64,000 bases of DNA, taken from a virus (Duplodnaviria > Caudoviricetes). Below the pieces are notes generated by a model. The model saw only the letters and a list, made by a program, of their open reading frames with translations, did not search any database and was not told the origin of the DNA. How positions within the stretch are numbered: the first letter of the stretch is position 1; each line of letters begins with the position of its first letter. Shown piece by piece: positions 29,676 to 38,641 of the stretch. The stretch lies in IMG/VR virus record IMGVR_UViG_3300018012_000099. One strand, written 5' to 3'. Both the position numbers and the translations under genes were made by a program.

Positions 29676-30103
29676 TACCACAACCCGGACAACATATTAA
29701 ATGTTTTTTGCGCAGCGGCAATATAGTAGAGGGTATCGTAGAAGAGTGGACCCAAGAGCAAGCTGTATTGAAAACTTTAGATCACCAAAGTTTAATGATT
29801 ATTCACAGTCCAGCCCAGGATATACTACTAACCAAAGTATTGCTCCACACGGGAATCGCCACTCACTCGAGAGCGCAAGAAATAGCCGACAAAATTAGAG
29901 AAAAGGCAGCAGAGGAAGGTCAGCCTGAACCTGACGAACAATCTTTGGATGCAATGACCAAAGCACAATTACATATCGAGTTAGCTGAACAAGAACGTCG
30001 TGTGGTTGCCGAGAAGATGAAGGATCACTATCCTGATTCACAGGCACCTAGAAAGAAAACCTATGGATACCCCGGATTTTTCAAAAAGCCAAGCACTTCG
30101 TAA
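29672..30103 (+). CDS. Hypothetical protein with an N-terminal small beta-barrel (Sm/SH3-like) and helical C-terminus
   Basis: PGQHIKCFLRSGNIVEGIVEEW...AVLK...LMII pattern; ATGA overlap. Confidence 0.4.
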   Translation: MIPQPGQHIKCFLRSGNIVEGIVEEWTQEQAVLKTLDHQSLMIIHSPAQDILLTKVLLHTGIATHSRAQEIADKIREKAAEEGQPEPDEQSLDAMTKAQLHIELAEQERRVVAEKMKDHYPDSQAPRKKTYGYPGFFKKPSTS

Positions 30104-30767
30104 TATTCCTAGCAAGAAGCTATCTGAAGCTATCACGGCTATTGAGAATAGTCAGGATACAGCCGATAACAAGTTTGTTAAGTTGACAGCAATTAATCGT
30201 TATGCGGAAAGCAACATTCCTATTGAATATTGGGGTCTCAAAATGGAGCGAGATTTCATAGGAGATCCTCGCCTTAAAATTAAATACGAAGAGTACATAC
30301 AGGATCTAAAAGTTAGTTATAATAATGGTGTATCTATCCTCTTTGCTGGGGGACATGGTTTGGGTAAGACTATGACATCTACCTGTATTCTCAAGAAGGC
30401 TTGTCAAAAAGGATACACTTGTTTGTATACCAATTTGAGTGATATTGTGTCGGTACTAACCTCCGGTAGTGGAGAAGACAAATTCCTAGCTCGTCGCGAG
30501 TTAGTGTTGGTAGATTTCTTAGTGATCGATGAGTTTGACCCCCGCTTCATGCCTTCTGAGAACGCTGCCGATCTGTATGCTAGAAGTTTGGAAAGTGTCT
30601 TCAGAGCCCGTAGTCAAAACAAACTACCTACTTTGATGTGTACCAACAGTCCTAATGTTCTAGAGAGCTTCAAAGGTTCGTTGAGAGATAGTATTGGCAG
30701 CCTGGTTAAAGGTTATTTGAAGATATTTGTAGTATCTCCTGGTGTTGATATGAGAGGACGGGAATAA
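30063..30767 (+). CDS. dnaC: DnaC/IstB-like AAA+ helicase loader
   Basis: RYAESNIP, GGHGLGKT (Walker A), LVIDEF (Walker B), PTLMCTN; directly upstream of DnaB. Confidence 0.8.
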   Translation: MDTPDFSKSQALRNIPSKKLSEAITAIENSQDTADNKFVKLTAINRYAESNIPIEYWGLKMERDFIGDPRLKIKYEEYIQDLKVSYNNGVSILFAGGHGLGKTMTSTCILKKACQKGYTCLYTNLSDIVSVLTSGSGEDKFLARRELVLVDFLVIDEFDPRFMPSENAADLYARSLESVFRARSQNKLPTLMCTNSPNVLESFKGSLRDSIGSLVKGYLKIFVVSPGVDMRGRE

Positions 30768-32173
30768 TGAGTTACAACGAACTAGACCTAGCGGTTCTCA
30801 AAAGTATCATTACCAACAAGAAACACGGCTTAGATTTTGCCAATGAGCACGATCCTAAAATCTTTTCTAATGATGTATGGAACTTTGCCAATTTAGTAGT
30901 GGGATATATTCGTACTTACAAAGAGCTTCCCACACTGCGTGTCATTACGGAAAAATTGTCCAAGGGCAATAATGACAAACTAATTGAAACCGTCAAGAAT
31001 GTCTGGTCTCAGCTAGAAAAAACTCAAGTCAATGATAAAGAATACAAGCATGATTTAGAAAAGATCAAGAAAAGATTTGCTGAAAAGCAATTGTTAGATA
31101 CTAAAACCCTTATGTCCAAGCTGGAAGTGGGTAGTATTGATGTTAATAAAGTGGTCATCGAAATGCAGAAGACCGTCCAAAACATCAAAGCTCTGGATCA
31201 GGTCCGTACTTTCGAACGCAAAACACTTAAAGAAGCAGTACCTATCTTTCGCGAGGAATACAATGCTAAACTAGAGGATCCTAATTTTGATTCTGGTATT
31301 AAATGTAACTACTCTTATCTAGATCACGTAACAGATGGATTACGTCCTGGAGAACTTTTGCTTATCGGTGGTGAATCGGGCGCTGGCAAATCTATGTTGC
31401 TCATGAACATGGCAATTCAGATTTGGCTTAACAATAATAATATTGAAACCGTAGATAATTTTACTCCTGGACACAATGTGCTGTATTTTTCTTTAGAAAT
31501 GCCCTTTAAGCCATGCCTTAATCGTGTCTTGGGCAGGTTGTCTAACAATCCCACTAAATTGATTCGCAGCGCTAAGCTCAATCCAATGGAAGCTGATAAA
31601 TTAAAGAAATCCCTTCGTTTCATTAATAAATATCCTTACCAATTCGAAATCGTGGATATTCCTCGCGGCGCTACTATGGAAAGCCTAGAGCTGTTATATG
31701 AGGAAGCTAAGGTTTTGTACGATCCCAAGATTGTTGTCATCGATTATCTGGGTTTGATGGACTATGACAACGGAGAGATGGAAGACTGGCTTAAGTTGGG
31801 CAAGATCGCCGAGAAGATTCATGAGTTTGCCCGCGTGCATAACTGTACGGTGCTAAGCGCGGTACAGCTTAATCGTACTAAGGGCGCTAAGGAAGAGGAT
31901 AAGATTGGTTTGCATCGCATCGGTCGTTCGGCTCTCATTATGCAGAATGCCAATATTGCTCTTCAGATTGAATCTCGTCCTAATGAAAAGAATCATCCTG
32001 ATATGTTCTACCACATAATTAAGAATAGAGATGGCGAATTGGGGAAGGGAAGACTAATTAAGAATCTGGCATGCGGCACTTTGATTGACGATAAAGTGGA
32101 AGAAGATCCGACTACTTTTGAAATGCGTGATCCGGATGATATTTCAGAAAGGATCGAACTGTTGGATGTATAA
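30767..32173 (+). CDS. dnaB: DnaB-like replicative helicase
   Basis: GLRPGELLLIGGESGAGKS, YFSLEM, VVIDYLGL, SAVQLNR, IIKNRDG. Confidence 0.9.
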   Translation: MSYNELDLAVLKSIITNKKHGLDFANEHDPKIFSNDVWNFANLVVGYIRTYKELPTLRVITEKLSKGNNDKLIETVKNVWSQLEKTQVNDKEYKHDLEKIKKRFAEKQLLDTKTLMSKLEVGSIDVNKVVIEMQKTVQNIKALDQVRTFERKTLKEAVPIFREEYNAKLEDPNFDSGIKCNYSYLDHVTDGLRPGELLLIGGESGAGKSMLLMNMAIQIWLNNNNIETVDNFTPGHNVLYFSLEMPFKPCLNRVLGRLSNNPTKLIRSAKLNPMEADKLKKSLRFINKYPYQFEIVDIPRGATMESLELLYEEAKVLYDPKIVVIDYLGLMDYDNGEMEDWLKLGKIAEKIHEFARVHNCTVLSAVQLNRTKGAKEEDKIGLHRIGRSALIMQNANIALQIESRPNEKNHPDMFYHIIKNRDGELGKGRLIKNLACGTLIDDKVEEDPTTFEMRDPDDISERIELLDV

Positions 32174-32196
32174 TTTAGCATACAATAGAGGTCAAA

Positions 32197-32373
32197 ATGC
32201 AGGATAATGTTGTGGCAGAAGCTGTTAGAATTGAGTACGAAGAGCAAACAGGAAAATTGTATATTGTCTTCGAAGTTAAAGACGAAAAATATAAGCAAGA
32301 TATCAAAAAGAATTGGACCAAAGATATAGACTACCGCTTAGTGGATAGGTTTTTAGTTAAGGAAAATCAATGA
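32197..32373 (+). CDS. Small hypothetical protein (58 aa; not in the ORF track)
   Basis: AGAGG SD, then MQDNVVAEAVRIEYEEQTGKLYIVFEV...KENQ*. Confidence 0.55.
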   Translation: MQDNVVAEAVRIEYEEQTGKLYIVFEVKDEKYKQDIKKNWTKDIDYRLVDRFLVKENQ

Positions 32374-32499
32374 AAAGTGCTTATAATCTATCAGCCAATG
32401 GAGGCTTACCCCAACTCAAAAAGAAGCTTCTCAAATCGCTCAAAAAGGGCAAAAGTTATAAATTGAGAAGCGCTTATCAACCCGGAAGGATTCCATCCC

Positions 32500-32826
32500 A
32501 TGCCTACCTATGAATTCCAATGTCAAGAATGCAAACATGAATGGGAAGATTTCATGTCCATTAAGGCTCCTGATCCAGAAGAATGTCCAAGCTGCAAAGT
32601 TAAAGGAAAGACTCTTCGTTTGATCAGTGGTGGTTCTGGTAAGGGCACCGTAGAGTTATATGGTCGGGAACTGATCGACAAGCTGAAGGGTGATGCCAAG
32701 AAGATTCAACAAGATGCTTCTCAAAAGGAAAAGGTCTACGCTAATCTGTTAGGTGAAAGTAATTATCAAGCCCTACAAACCAGAATAGATAGTCAGAAAA
32801 AAGAAGGAAAAGTCAGACGTCGATGA
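32500..32826 (+). CDS. FmdB-family zinc-ribbon protein
   Basis: MPTYEFQCQECKHEWE...CPSCK...RLIS. Confidence 0.85.
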   Translation: MPTYEFQCQECKHEWEDFMSIKAPDPEECPSCKVKGKTLRLISGGSGKGTVELYGRELIDKLKGDAKKIQQDASQKEKVYANLLGESNYQALQTRIDSQKKEGKVRRR

Positions 32827-33053
32827 AACATGAGTTTCTTACTGCTAATTTGAACATTAGACTAACTGTTGCATATCAAACCGTTAAAGATTTGACAGTG
32901 GAACTAGATGGTATTGAGGCAGATACGAAAACCCCAGCAATAGAAAGACTTTCTCAAATAAAAAAGATTAGGGCAAAATTAGATAAAGTTGGGGCAGAAA
33001 TTGACAATATAAAGAAGAGCATTAAGTTGTTAGTTGAGCATTCGATTAATTGA
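32823..33053 (+). CDS. Small coiled-coil hypothetical protein
   Basis: 76 aa, heptad-like, ATGA-coupled. Confidence 0.45.
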   Translation: MKHEFLTANLNIRLTVAYQTVKDLTVELDGIEADTKTPAIERLSQIKKIRAKLDKVGAEIDNIKKSIKLLVEHSIN

Positions 33054-33882
33054 GGCAGTTGTGAAGAAAATATGTCGAAAATGTGGAGATGAAAAAGATG
33101 TGGATAAATTCTATTTCATTACTAAATCACAAAAATATCGAAATACCTGCCTCGTCTGTGAAAAAGAGTATCAGCGAAAATACTATGTAGAAAATATAGA
33201 TGAACTATCCGTCAAGAAAAGAACATACAATCACGAAAATTCACAATTCCTATCTGTCAAGCAAAAGGAATATTACGATAAAAATAAGGTAGAGATAGCA
33301 GAGTATCAAAAAGAATACTATTTGGAAAACAAGCAAGATATAGTTGAAAGACAGAAAGAATATCATAGGGAAAATAAAGATACTCGTAATACTTATGCCA
33401 AATTACATTATCAGGAAAATCGAGAAACTATTCTGGAAACTCAAAAACAGTATCAGCAGGAAAATCGAAAAGCCAAAACAGATTATCATAACGAATATGA
33501 CAGAAAAAGACGAAAAACGGACCCCGCTTATAGACTAAGAAAAAATGTTTCTATAGCAGTCTATGTTGGACTGAAAACTGAAGGTTTTTCTAAAAAGGGT
33601 GAGTCAATACTTAAGTACCTCCCTTATTCAATAGATGAATTAAAGAAGCATTTAGAAAAACAATTTGAGTCCTGGATGAATTGGGATAATCAGGGTATTC
33701 ATAACGCCAAAATTTATGATGAAGCAAACCCTAAAACTTGGACGTGGAATATAGATCATATAATTCCACAGTCAAAATTACCTTATACATCGATGGAAGA
33801 TGATAATTTTAAGAAGTGCTGGGCTCTGGAGAATCTTCGACCAATCTTATCCAAGACTAATCTAGAAAAGGGTAATAAATAA
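33034..33882 (+). CDS. HNH homing endonuclease (Zn finger, 15-aa helical repeats, HNH)
   Basis: CRKCG..EK...CLVC; WNIDHIIPQS; KCWALENLRP..SKTN. Confidence 0.85.
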   Translation: MSIRLIEAVVKKICRKCGDEKDVDKFYFITKSQKYRNTCLVCEKEYQRKYYVENIDELSVKKRTYNHENSQFLSVKQKEYYDKNKVEIAEYQKEYYLENKQDIVERQKEYHRENKDTRNTYAKLHYQENRETILETQKQYQQENRKAKTDYHNEYDRKRRKTDPAYRLRKNVSIAVYVGLKTEGFSKKGESILKYLPYSIDELKKHLEKQFESWMNWDNQGIHNAKIYDEANPKTWTWNIDHIIPQSKLPYTSMEDDNFKKCWALENLRPILSKTNLEKGNK

Positions 33883-34097
33883 TGCCAACCTATCTTTATG
33901 AATGCCCGATTCACGGAGAATTTGAATATCAACATTCGATTAACGAAGAGCTAGAATACTGCCCACATTGTGAAGAAAAGGGAGAGTTAGACACTGGAGA
34001 GCGACATACCTTTCAAAAGGTCAAGAGACTTATTGCTGGTGGCACAAATTTTATTTTGACCGGTTCCGGCTGGGCCAAGGATAGTTATTCAAAATGA
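33882..34097 (+). CDS. FmdB-family zinc-ribbon protein (second copy)
   Basis: MPTYLYECPIHG...CPHC...KRLI...FILTGSGWAKDSY. Confidence 0.85.
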   Translation: MPTYLYECPIHGEFEYQHSINEELEYCPHCEEKGELDTGERHTFQKVKRLIAGGTNFILTGSGWAKDSYSK

Positions 34098-34804
34098 AAA
34101 TTTGTAGGATATGTGGTGAAGGGAAATCAGAAATTGATTTCCCTTTCAGAGATAAAAAGAAGGGAATTCGTCGTACCGAGTGTAGCACTTGTATATCATT
34201 GTATAATAAACAATACAGAAAAGAAAATGAAAATTACATAACGCAACGAAGAAAAAAATTTTATGAGGATAACAAAGACCGATTATTAGATGAAGCAAAA
34301 AGGTATCAACAAAATAACAAAAAAAGTATTTCACAGTCTAAAAAAGACTATTATTCCGCCAATAAAGAAAAATCAAGGATTTATCAACAACAAAATCGTA
34401 AGCGTTTGAATGATTATATGGTGATACGACGAAAAAATGATCCACTCGTCAGGCTACGAGAAAATGTTTCAGCTTCAGTGTATAGATTAATTAAGAGTGT
34501 TGGATATTCTAAATCTGAAAAATCAGTAATTAATTTTCTTCCTTATTCGTTTCAAGAATTAAAAGAACATATAGAAAAACAATTCGAACCCTGGATGACC
34601 TGGGAGAATTATGGTAGATACGATATAAACATTTGGGATGATAACGATCCAACCACCTGGACTTGGCAGATTGATCATATCATCCCTCAAACTCAATTAC
34701 CCTATGTTTCTATGAAGGATGATAATTTTCAGAAATGTTGGGCACTCCCTAATCTTCGTCCATATTCTGCTAAAATGAATATTAAGGATGGAAATAGACG
34801 ATAA
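34094..34804 (+). CDS. HNH homing endonuclease (paralog 2)
   Basis: CRICG...CSTC; WQIDHIIPQT; KCWALPNLRP..AKMN. Confidence 0.85.
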   Translation: MKICRICGEGKSEIDFPFRDKKKGIRRTECSTCISLYNKQYRKENENYITQRRKKFYEDNKDRLLDEAKRYQQNNKKSISQSKKDYYSANKEKSRIYQQQNRKRLNDYMVIRRKNDPLVRLRENVSASVYRLIKSVGYSKSEKSVINFLPYSFQELKEHIEKQFEPWMTWENYGRYDINIWDDNDPTTWTWQIDHIIPQTQLPYVSMKDDNFQKCWALPNLRPYSAKMNIKDGNRR

Positions 34805-34805
34805 T

Positions 34806-34967
34806 ATGACCAAAAAGAGCGATAAACAAGGTATTGACAAGTATAAATTAGAGCAGATTGTACAGCTGCTTAAATTCGCTCTTTCTTTGGAAGATCATGA
34901 GATTATCAAATCGACAGTTGAATCGGTCGTCGAAATTTTGGATGAGGAAATCAGTAAGTATCAATAA
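34806..34967 (+). CDS. Small hypothetical helical protein (53 aa; not in the ORF track)
   Basis: MTKKSDKQGIDKYKLEQIVQLLKFALSLEDHEIIK...KYQ*, directly after HNH2. Confidence 0.5.
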   Translation: MTKKSDKQGIDKYKLEQIVQLLKFALSLEDHEIIKSTVESVVEILDEEISKYQ

Positions 34968-35022
34968 TGGAGTATTAAATTACTTTCGACTGAGCTGGAT
35001 AGTTTTAAGTGAGAAGAGAAAT

Positions 35023-35652
35023 ATGCTAACCGAACAAGAAGCAAACGAATTGATGAATAAATGGATCGATCTTAGAGATCGACTCAAGACATCTGAGGAT
35101 CCAAAACTCACCAGAGAATTCGACAAACATAACAGATTGTGCGTAGAAAAATTTCGCTATTTGGTGACCATGAAAACTGGTCGTTATAAGGCTTTCAGCA
35201 ATTACGAAGATTTAAACCAAGAAGGACATGAAGCCCTCATTAAGGCTATGAAGACCTTCAAACCTAACAAAGGCTCTTTCTTTGCGTGGGCACATAACTA
35301 TATTGGTACTCGTATTTCGCGCAGTGCTAATTTGCATACCACCATTAGATTTCCTTTGAAGGTAGCAAAAGCAAATACCCCTCACAAAGAGTCGGTAATG
35401 CCTTTGCTGATCGAGGAGCGTTATTGTCCTGATAAAGAGCTTGAGGAATCTCAAGTGAATCATGCGGTGCAGGATGCCCTCTCTATTCTCTCTAATGAAC
35501 AGAAAGAGATAATCAGTTTGGCGTACGGTTTCGATGGTGATAAACCGATGTCAATTAATAAGATATGCAAGAAGTTAGGCATATCCCGATTGAGCTGTAT
35601 CAAAACGATCGACAGCGCTCTTTCTATGATGAAAGAGAACATTAAAATATAA
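35023..35652 (+). CDS. RNA polymerase sigma-70-family factor (regions 2 and 4)
   Basis: Region 2: YEDLNQEGHEALIKAMKTF....SFFAWA. Region 4: LSNEQKEIISLAYGF....MSINKICKKLGISR. Start at ATG 35023 preferred. Confidence 0.85.
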   Translation: MLTEQEANELMNKWIDLRDRLKTSEDPKLTREFDKHNRLCVEKFRYLVTMKTGRYKAFSNYEDLNQEGHEALIKAMKTFKPNKGSFFAWAHNYIGTRISRSANLHTTIRFPLKVAKANTPHKESVMPLLIEERYCPDKELEESQVNHAVQDALSILSNEQKEIISLAYGFDGDKPMSINKICKKLGISRLSCIKTIDSALSMMKENIKI

Positions 35653-35706
35653 GTGTCTGATCAAAAATAATGATTGGATTTTAACTTAATTCTCTTAAGG
35701 TGGATT

Positions 35707-38211
35707 ATGACAGGATATCTTTATGCTCAGGTTTATGAAGCGTCAATTGAATACTTTGGTGGTGATGAGTTCGCAGCGAAAGTATTTGTTGATAAATATG
35801 CTTTACAGACACCACAGGGTGAATATCTAGAGCTGACGCCAGCTGACATGCATCGTCGTTTGGCAAAAGAGTTTGCGCGTATTGAAAATAAATACCCAAA
35901 CCCAGTCTCTGAAGAAGTCATTTTTTCTCTGTTAGATCATTTTCGATTCGTCGTTCCACAAGGCAGCCCTATGTCTGCCATCGGAAACCCTTATCAACTA
36001 CAGAGCCTCTCTAATTGTTTCGTCGTCCAAGGCGTCAATTCTAGTAAACTTGATTCCTATGGCGGTATCATGTTGGCTGATCAAGAGATCGCCCAAATCA
36101 TGAAGCGACGTGGAGGCGTAGGTCTCGATATCTCTGGTATCCGTCCTAAAGATGTAATCACTAACAATGCCGCCAAAACCACTGACGGCATTGGCGTTTT
36201 TATGGAACGCTTTTCTAATACCTGTCGTGAGGTGGCACAGAATGGGAGGCGCGGCGCGTTGATGATCACTATTTCCATTAATCATCCCGAAATTGAAACC
36301 TTCATCAAGATTAAGCGCGATACCAAGAAAGTAACGGGCGCTAACATTTCCATTCGTTTCAATGATGAGTTTATGCGGGCAGTGAAGGGTAATGAAGAGT
36401 ACACTCTTCGTTGGCCAGTAGAAGCCCCTTTAGAAGAAGCTAGGGTAACCAAGAAAGTTAGCGCTAGGGAGATTTGGGATCAGGTGATTGATTCTGCTTG
36501 GGCTTCTGCCGAGCCAGGTTTGCTCTTTTGGGATACTGTCAAACGCAACACACCATCCGATCTGTATGCTGCTTTTGGTCATAATTCTATCTGTACTAAT
36601 CCCTGTGGGGAAATTGTATTACCCGCCTATGATGCCTGCCGTCTTTTGGTCTTGAACCTATCTTCTTACGTCAAGAATTCCTTTACCAAGGAAGCCGCCT
36701 TCGATTTTAAGAAATTCAACCAGCACACCCAGGTGGCGCAGCGCCTGATGGATGATATTATTGATTTAGAAATTGAATGTGTGGACAGAATTATCGCCAA
36801 GGTCAAGGCGGACCCCGAGCCTCCGGAAGCTAAACAGACCGAACAAAACCTATGGAAAAAGATCCGAGAAATGAACATCAGCGGTCGTCGTACAGGACTG
36901 GGTATTACAGCTTTAGGCGACACTTTAGCTATGTTAGGTATCAAGTATGGTTCTAAGGAATCCATCGAAGTAACTCGTAAGATTTATCGTGCTCTAGCTG
37001 TTGCTGCCCACACCTCTTCGTGCATTATGGCAAAGGAAAGAGGAGCCTTCCCTATTTTTGATTATCAGTTGGAAAAGGATCACGAGTACCTTGGTAGCAT
37101 TTTTCAGGACTGCTCACCAGCCGTACGGAAGATGTGGAAGACATCAGGTCGTCGTAACATTGCTTTAACCACTACCGCTCCAACCGGATCGGTGTCTTCA
37201 CAAACTCAAACTACATCCGGTATTGAACCAGTTTATTCTTTGTCTTACATGCGCCGCAAGAAGCATAACCCTTCTGATAAAAATGCACGTGTAGATTTTG
37301 TAGACGCCATGGGTGATTCCTGGCAAGAGTTTACTGTCTACCATCATGGTGTACAGAAGTGGATGGACGCTACCGGGGAGACGGATATTACTAAGTCCCC
37401 GTACCATGGTGCTACCTCTAACGACATCGACTGGGTAGCTTCAGTAGATCTACAAGCTGCGGCTCAAGAATCTATTGACCATAGCATTAGCAAGACTTGT
37501 AATCTTCCAGAAAATATCAGTAGAGATATTGTCTCTCAAGTTTACATGCGTGCTTGGGAAAAGGGTTGCAAGGGCTTTACTGTCTATCGTGATAAGTGCC
37601 GTGATGGTGTGCTCATTCAGAAGGATACGTCCAAGCCCAAGGCGGACGGTCGTCCAGGAGAGATTGAAGCTTCCATGGCACCCAAGCGTCCTATTGAATT
37701 ACCTTGCGATATTAGGAAGGCAAAAATTCAAGGCGAACAATGGACTATCTTTGTGGGTTTGTTTAACGGTAAACCGTATGAAATCTTTGGTGGACTATCT
37801 AAATATGTAGATATTCCTAATAAATATAAGATGGGCAAAATTGTCAAGAACGGTAAGGTGGACGATATTACTACATACAACTTAGTTCTTGGTGAAGGTG
37901 ATGATCAAATGATAATCAAAGACATTGCTAATGTTTTTGAGAATGGTAATTTTGGTGCGTTCACTAGAACTATCTCGCTGGCTATGAGACACGGTACTCC
38001 GGTTCAATATGTAGTAGAACAACTACAGAAGGACAAACACTCTGATATTACTTCTTTTTCTAAGGTGGTAGCACGTGTGTTAAAAAACTATATTGTGGAT
38101 GGTACTAAATCTACAGCGGAAAGAAAGTGTCCATCTTGTAATAAAGAGAATTCCTTTGCTTATCAAGAAAAGTGTTTAACGTGTACTAATTGTGGATGGA
38201 GTAAATGCTAA
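35707..38211 (+). CDS. nrdJ: Class II (adenosylcobalamin-dependent) ribonucleotide reductase with C-terminal TSCPD-like domain and Zn ribbon
   Basis: LSNCFV, RRGGVGLD, TNPCGEI (catalytic), RRTGLG, TTAPTGS, SGIEP, HSISKTCN, KGFTVYRD, terminal CPSC..CTNCGWSKC; no NrdB nearby. Confidence 0.88.
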   Translation: MTGYLYAQVYEASIEYFGGDEFAAKVFVDKYALQTPQGEYLELTPADMHRRLAKEFARIENKYPNPVSEEVIFSLLDHFRFVVPQGSPMSAIGNPYQLQSLSNCFVVQGVNSSKLDSYGGIMLADQEIAQIMKRRGGVGLDISGIRPKDVITNNAAKTTDGIGVFMERFSNTCREVAQNGRRGALMITISINHPEIETFIKIKRDTKKVTGANISIRFNDEFMRAVKGNEEYTLRWPVEAPLEEARVTKKVSAREIWDQVIDSAWASAEPGLLFWDTVKRNTPSDLYAAFGHNSICTNPCGEIVLPAYDACRLLVLNLSSYVKNSFTKEAAFDFKKFNQHTQVAQRLMDDIIDLEIECVDRIIAKVKADPEPPEAKQTEQNLWKKIREMNISGRRTGLGITALGDTLAMLGIKYGSKESIEVTRKIYRALAVAAHTSSCIMAKERGAFPIFDYQLEKDHEYLGSIFQDCSPAVRKMWKTSGRRNIALTTTAPTGSVSSQTQTTSGIEPVYSLSYMRRKKHNPSDKNARVDFVDAMGDSWQEFTVYHHGVQKWMDATGETDITKSPYHGATSNDIDWVASVDLQAAAQESIDHSISKTCNLPENISRDIVSQVYMRAWEKGCKGFTVYRDKCRDGVLIQKDTSKPKADGRPGEIEASMAPKRPIELPCDIRKAKIQGEQWTIFVGLFNGKPYEIFGGLSKYVDIPNKYKMGKIVKNGKVDDITTYNLVLGEGDDQMIIKDIANVFENGNFGAFTRTISLAMRHGTPVQYVVEQLQKDKHSDITSFSKVVARVLKNYIVDGTKSTAERKCPSCNKENSFAYQEKCLTCTNCGWSKC

Positions 38212-38239
38212 GTATCAATAGACTAGCATTTGTTATGAG

Positions 38240-38641
38240 ATGAAAGGCACAATACTTCTCAATCATTCTGATAATACCCACCTGGTGGAAGACGAGGAGA
38301 AAGCTCGATTCCTTCGTGGCTTGCTGGAACAAATGTTCGAGGAAGTTCCTGAAGTCATGACCAAAATTGCAGAAATTTGGTCAGAAGACGGCACCCTATC
38401 ACCAGAGCAAAAAATAAAAATGAGACAATTTATGAACATCTATGGCATCCAAGTCATCGATGATCTGGATGGTCACATGAAAATATACTTGGATGGTCAA
38501 GTAGTGGGTGAATGGTTTAAGTGCAAATATAAACTGAAGCGAGATTTATCACAAATCGATCGTAGAAGACAGTTCTATTTGGAGATGGAAGTAAATTGTT
38601 GGAGCGTATTCGAATCCACTGAAGAGACACAAGAGACATAA
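38240..38641 (+). CDS. Hypothetical protein
   Basis: 133-aa ORF overlapping the PhoH start. Confidence 0.5.
   Translation: MKGTILLNHSDNTHLVEDEEKARFLRGLLEQMFEEVPEVMTKIAEIWSEDGTLSPEQKIKMRQFMNIYGIQVIDDLDGHMKIYLDGQVVGEWFKCKYKLKRDLSQIDRRRQFYLEMEVNCWSVFESTEETQET

Noticed and set aside
32370-32513. Possible 47-aa basic ORF (MKSAYNLSANGG...) between the 58-aa ORF and FmdB
   Set aside because: It fills the gap but has no SD or motif; evidence is too weak to call.
30767-38211. Inteins or introns in DnaB or the RNR
   Set aside because: Both have ordinary lengths and contiguous motifs, with no splice-junction or LAGLIDADG signatures.
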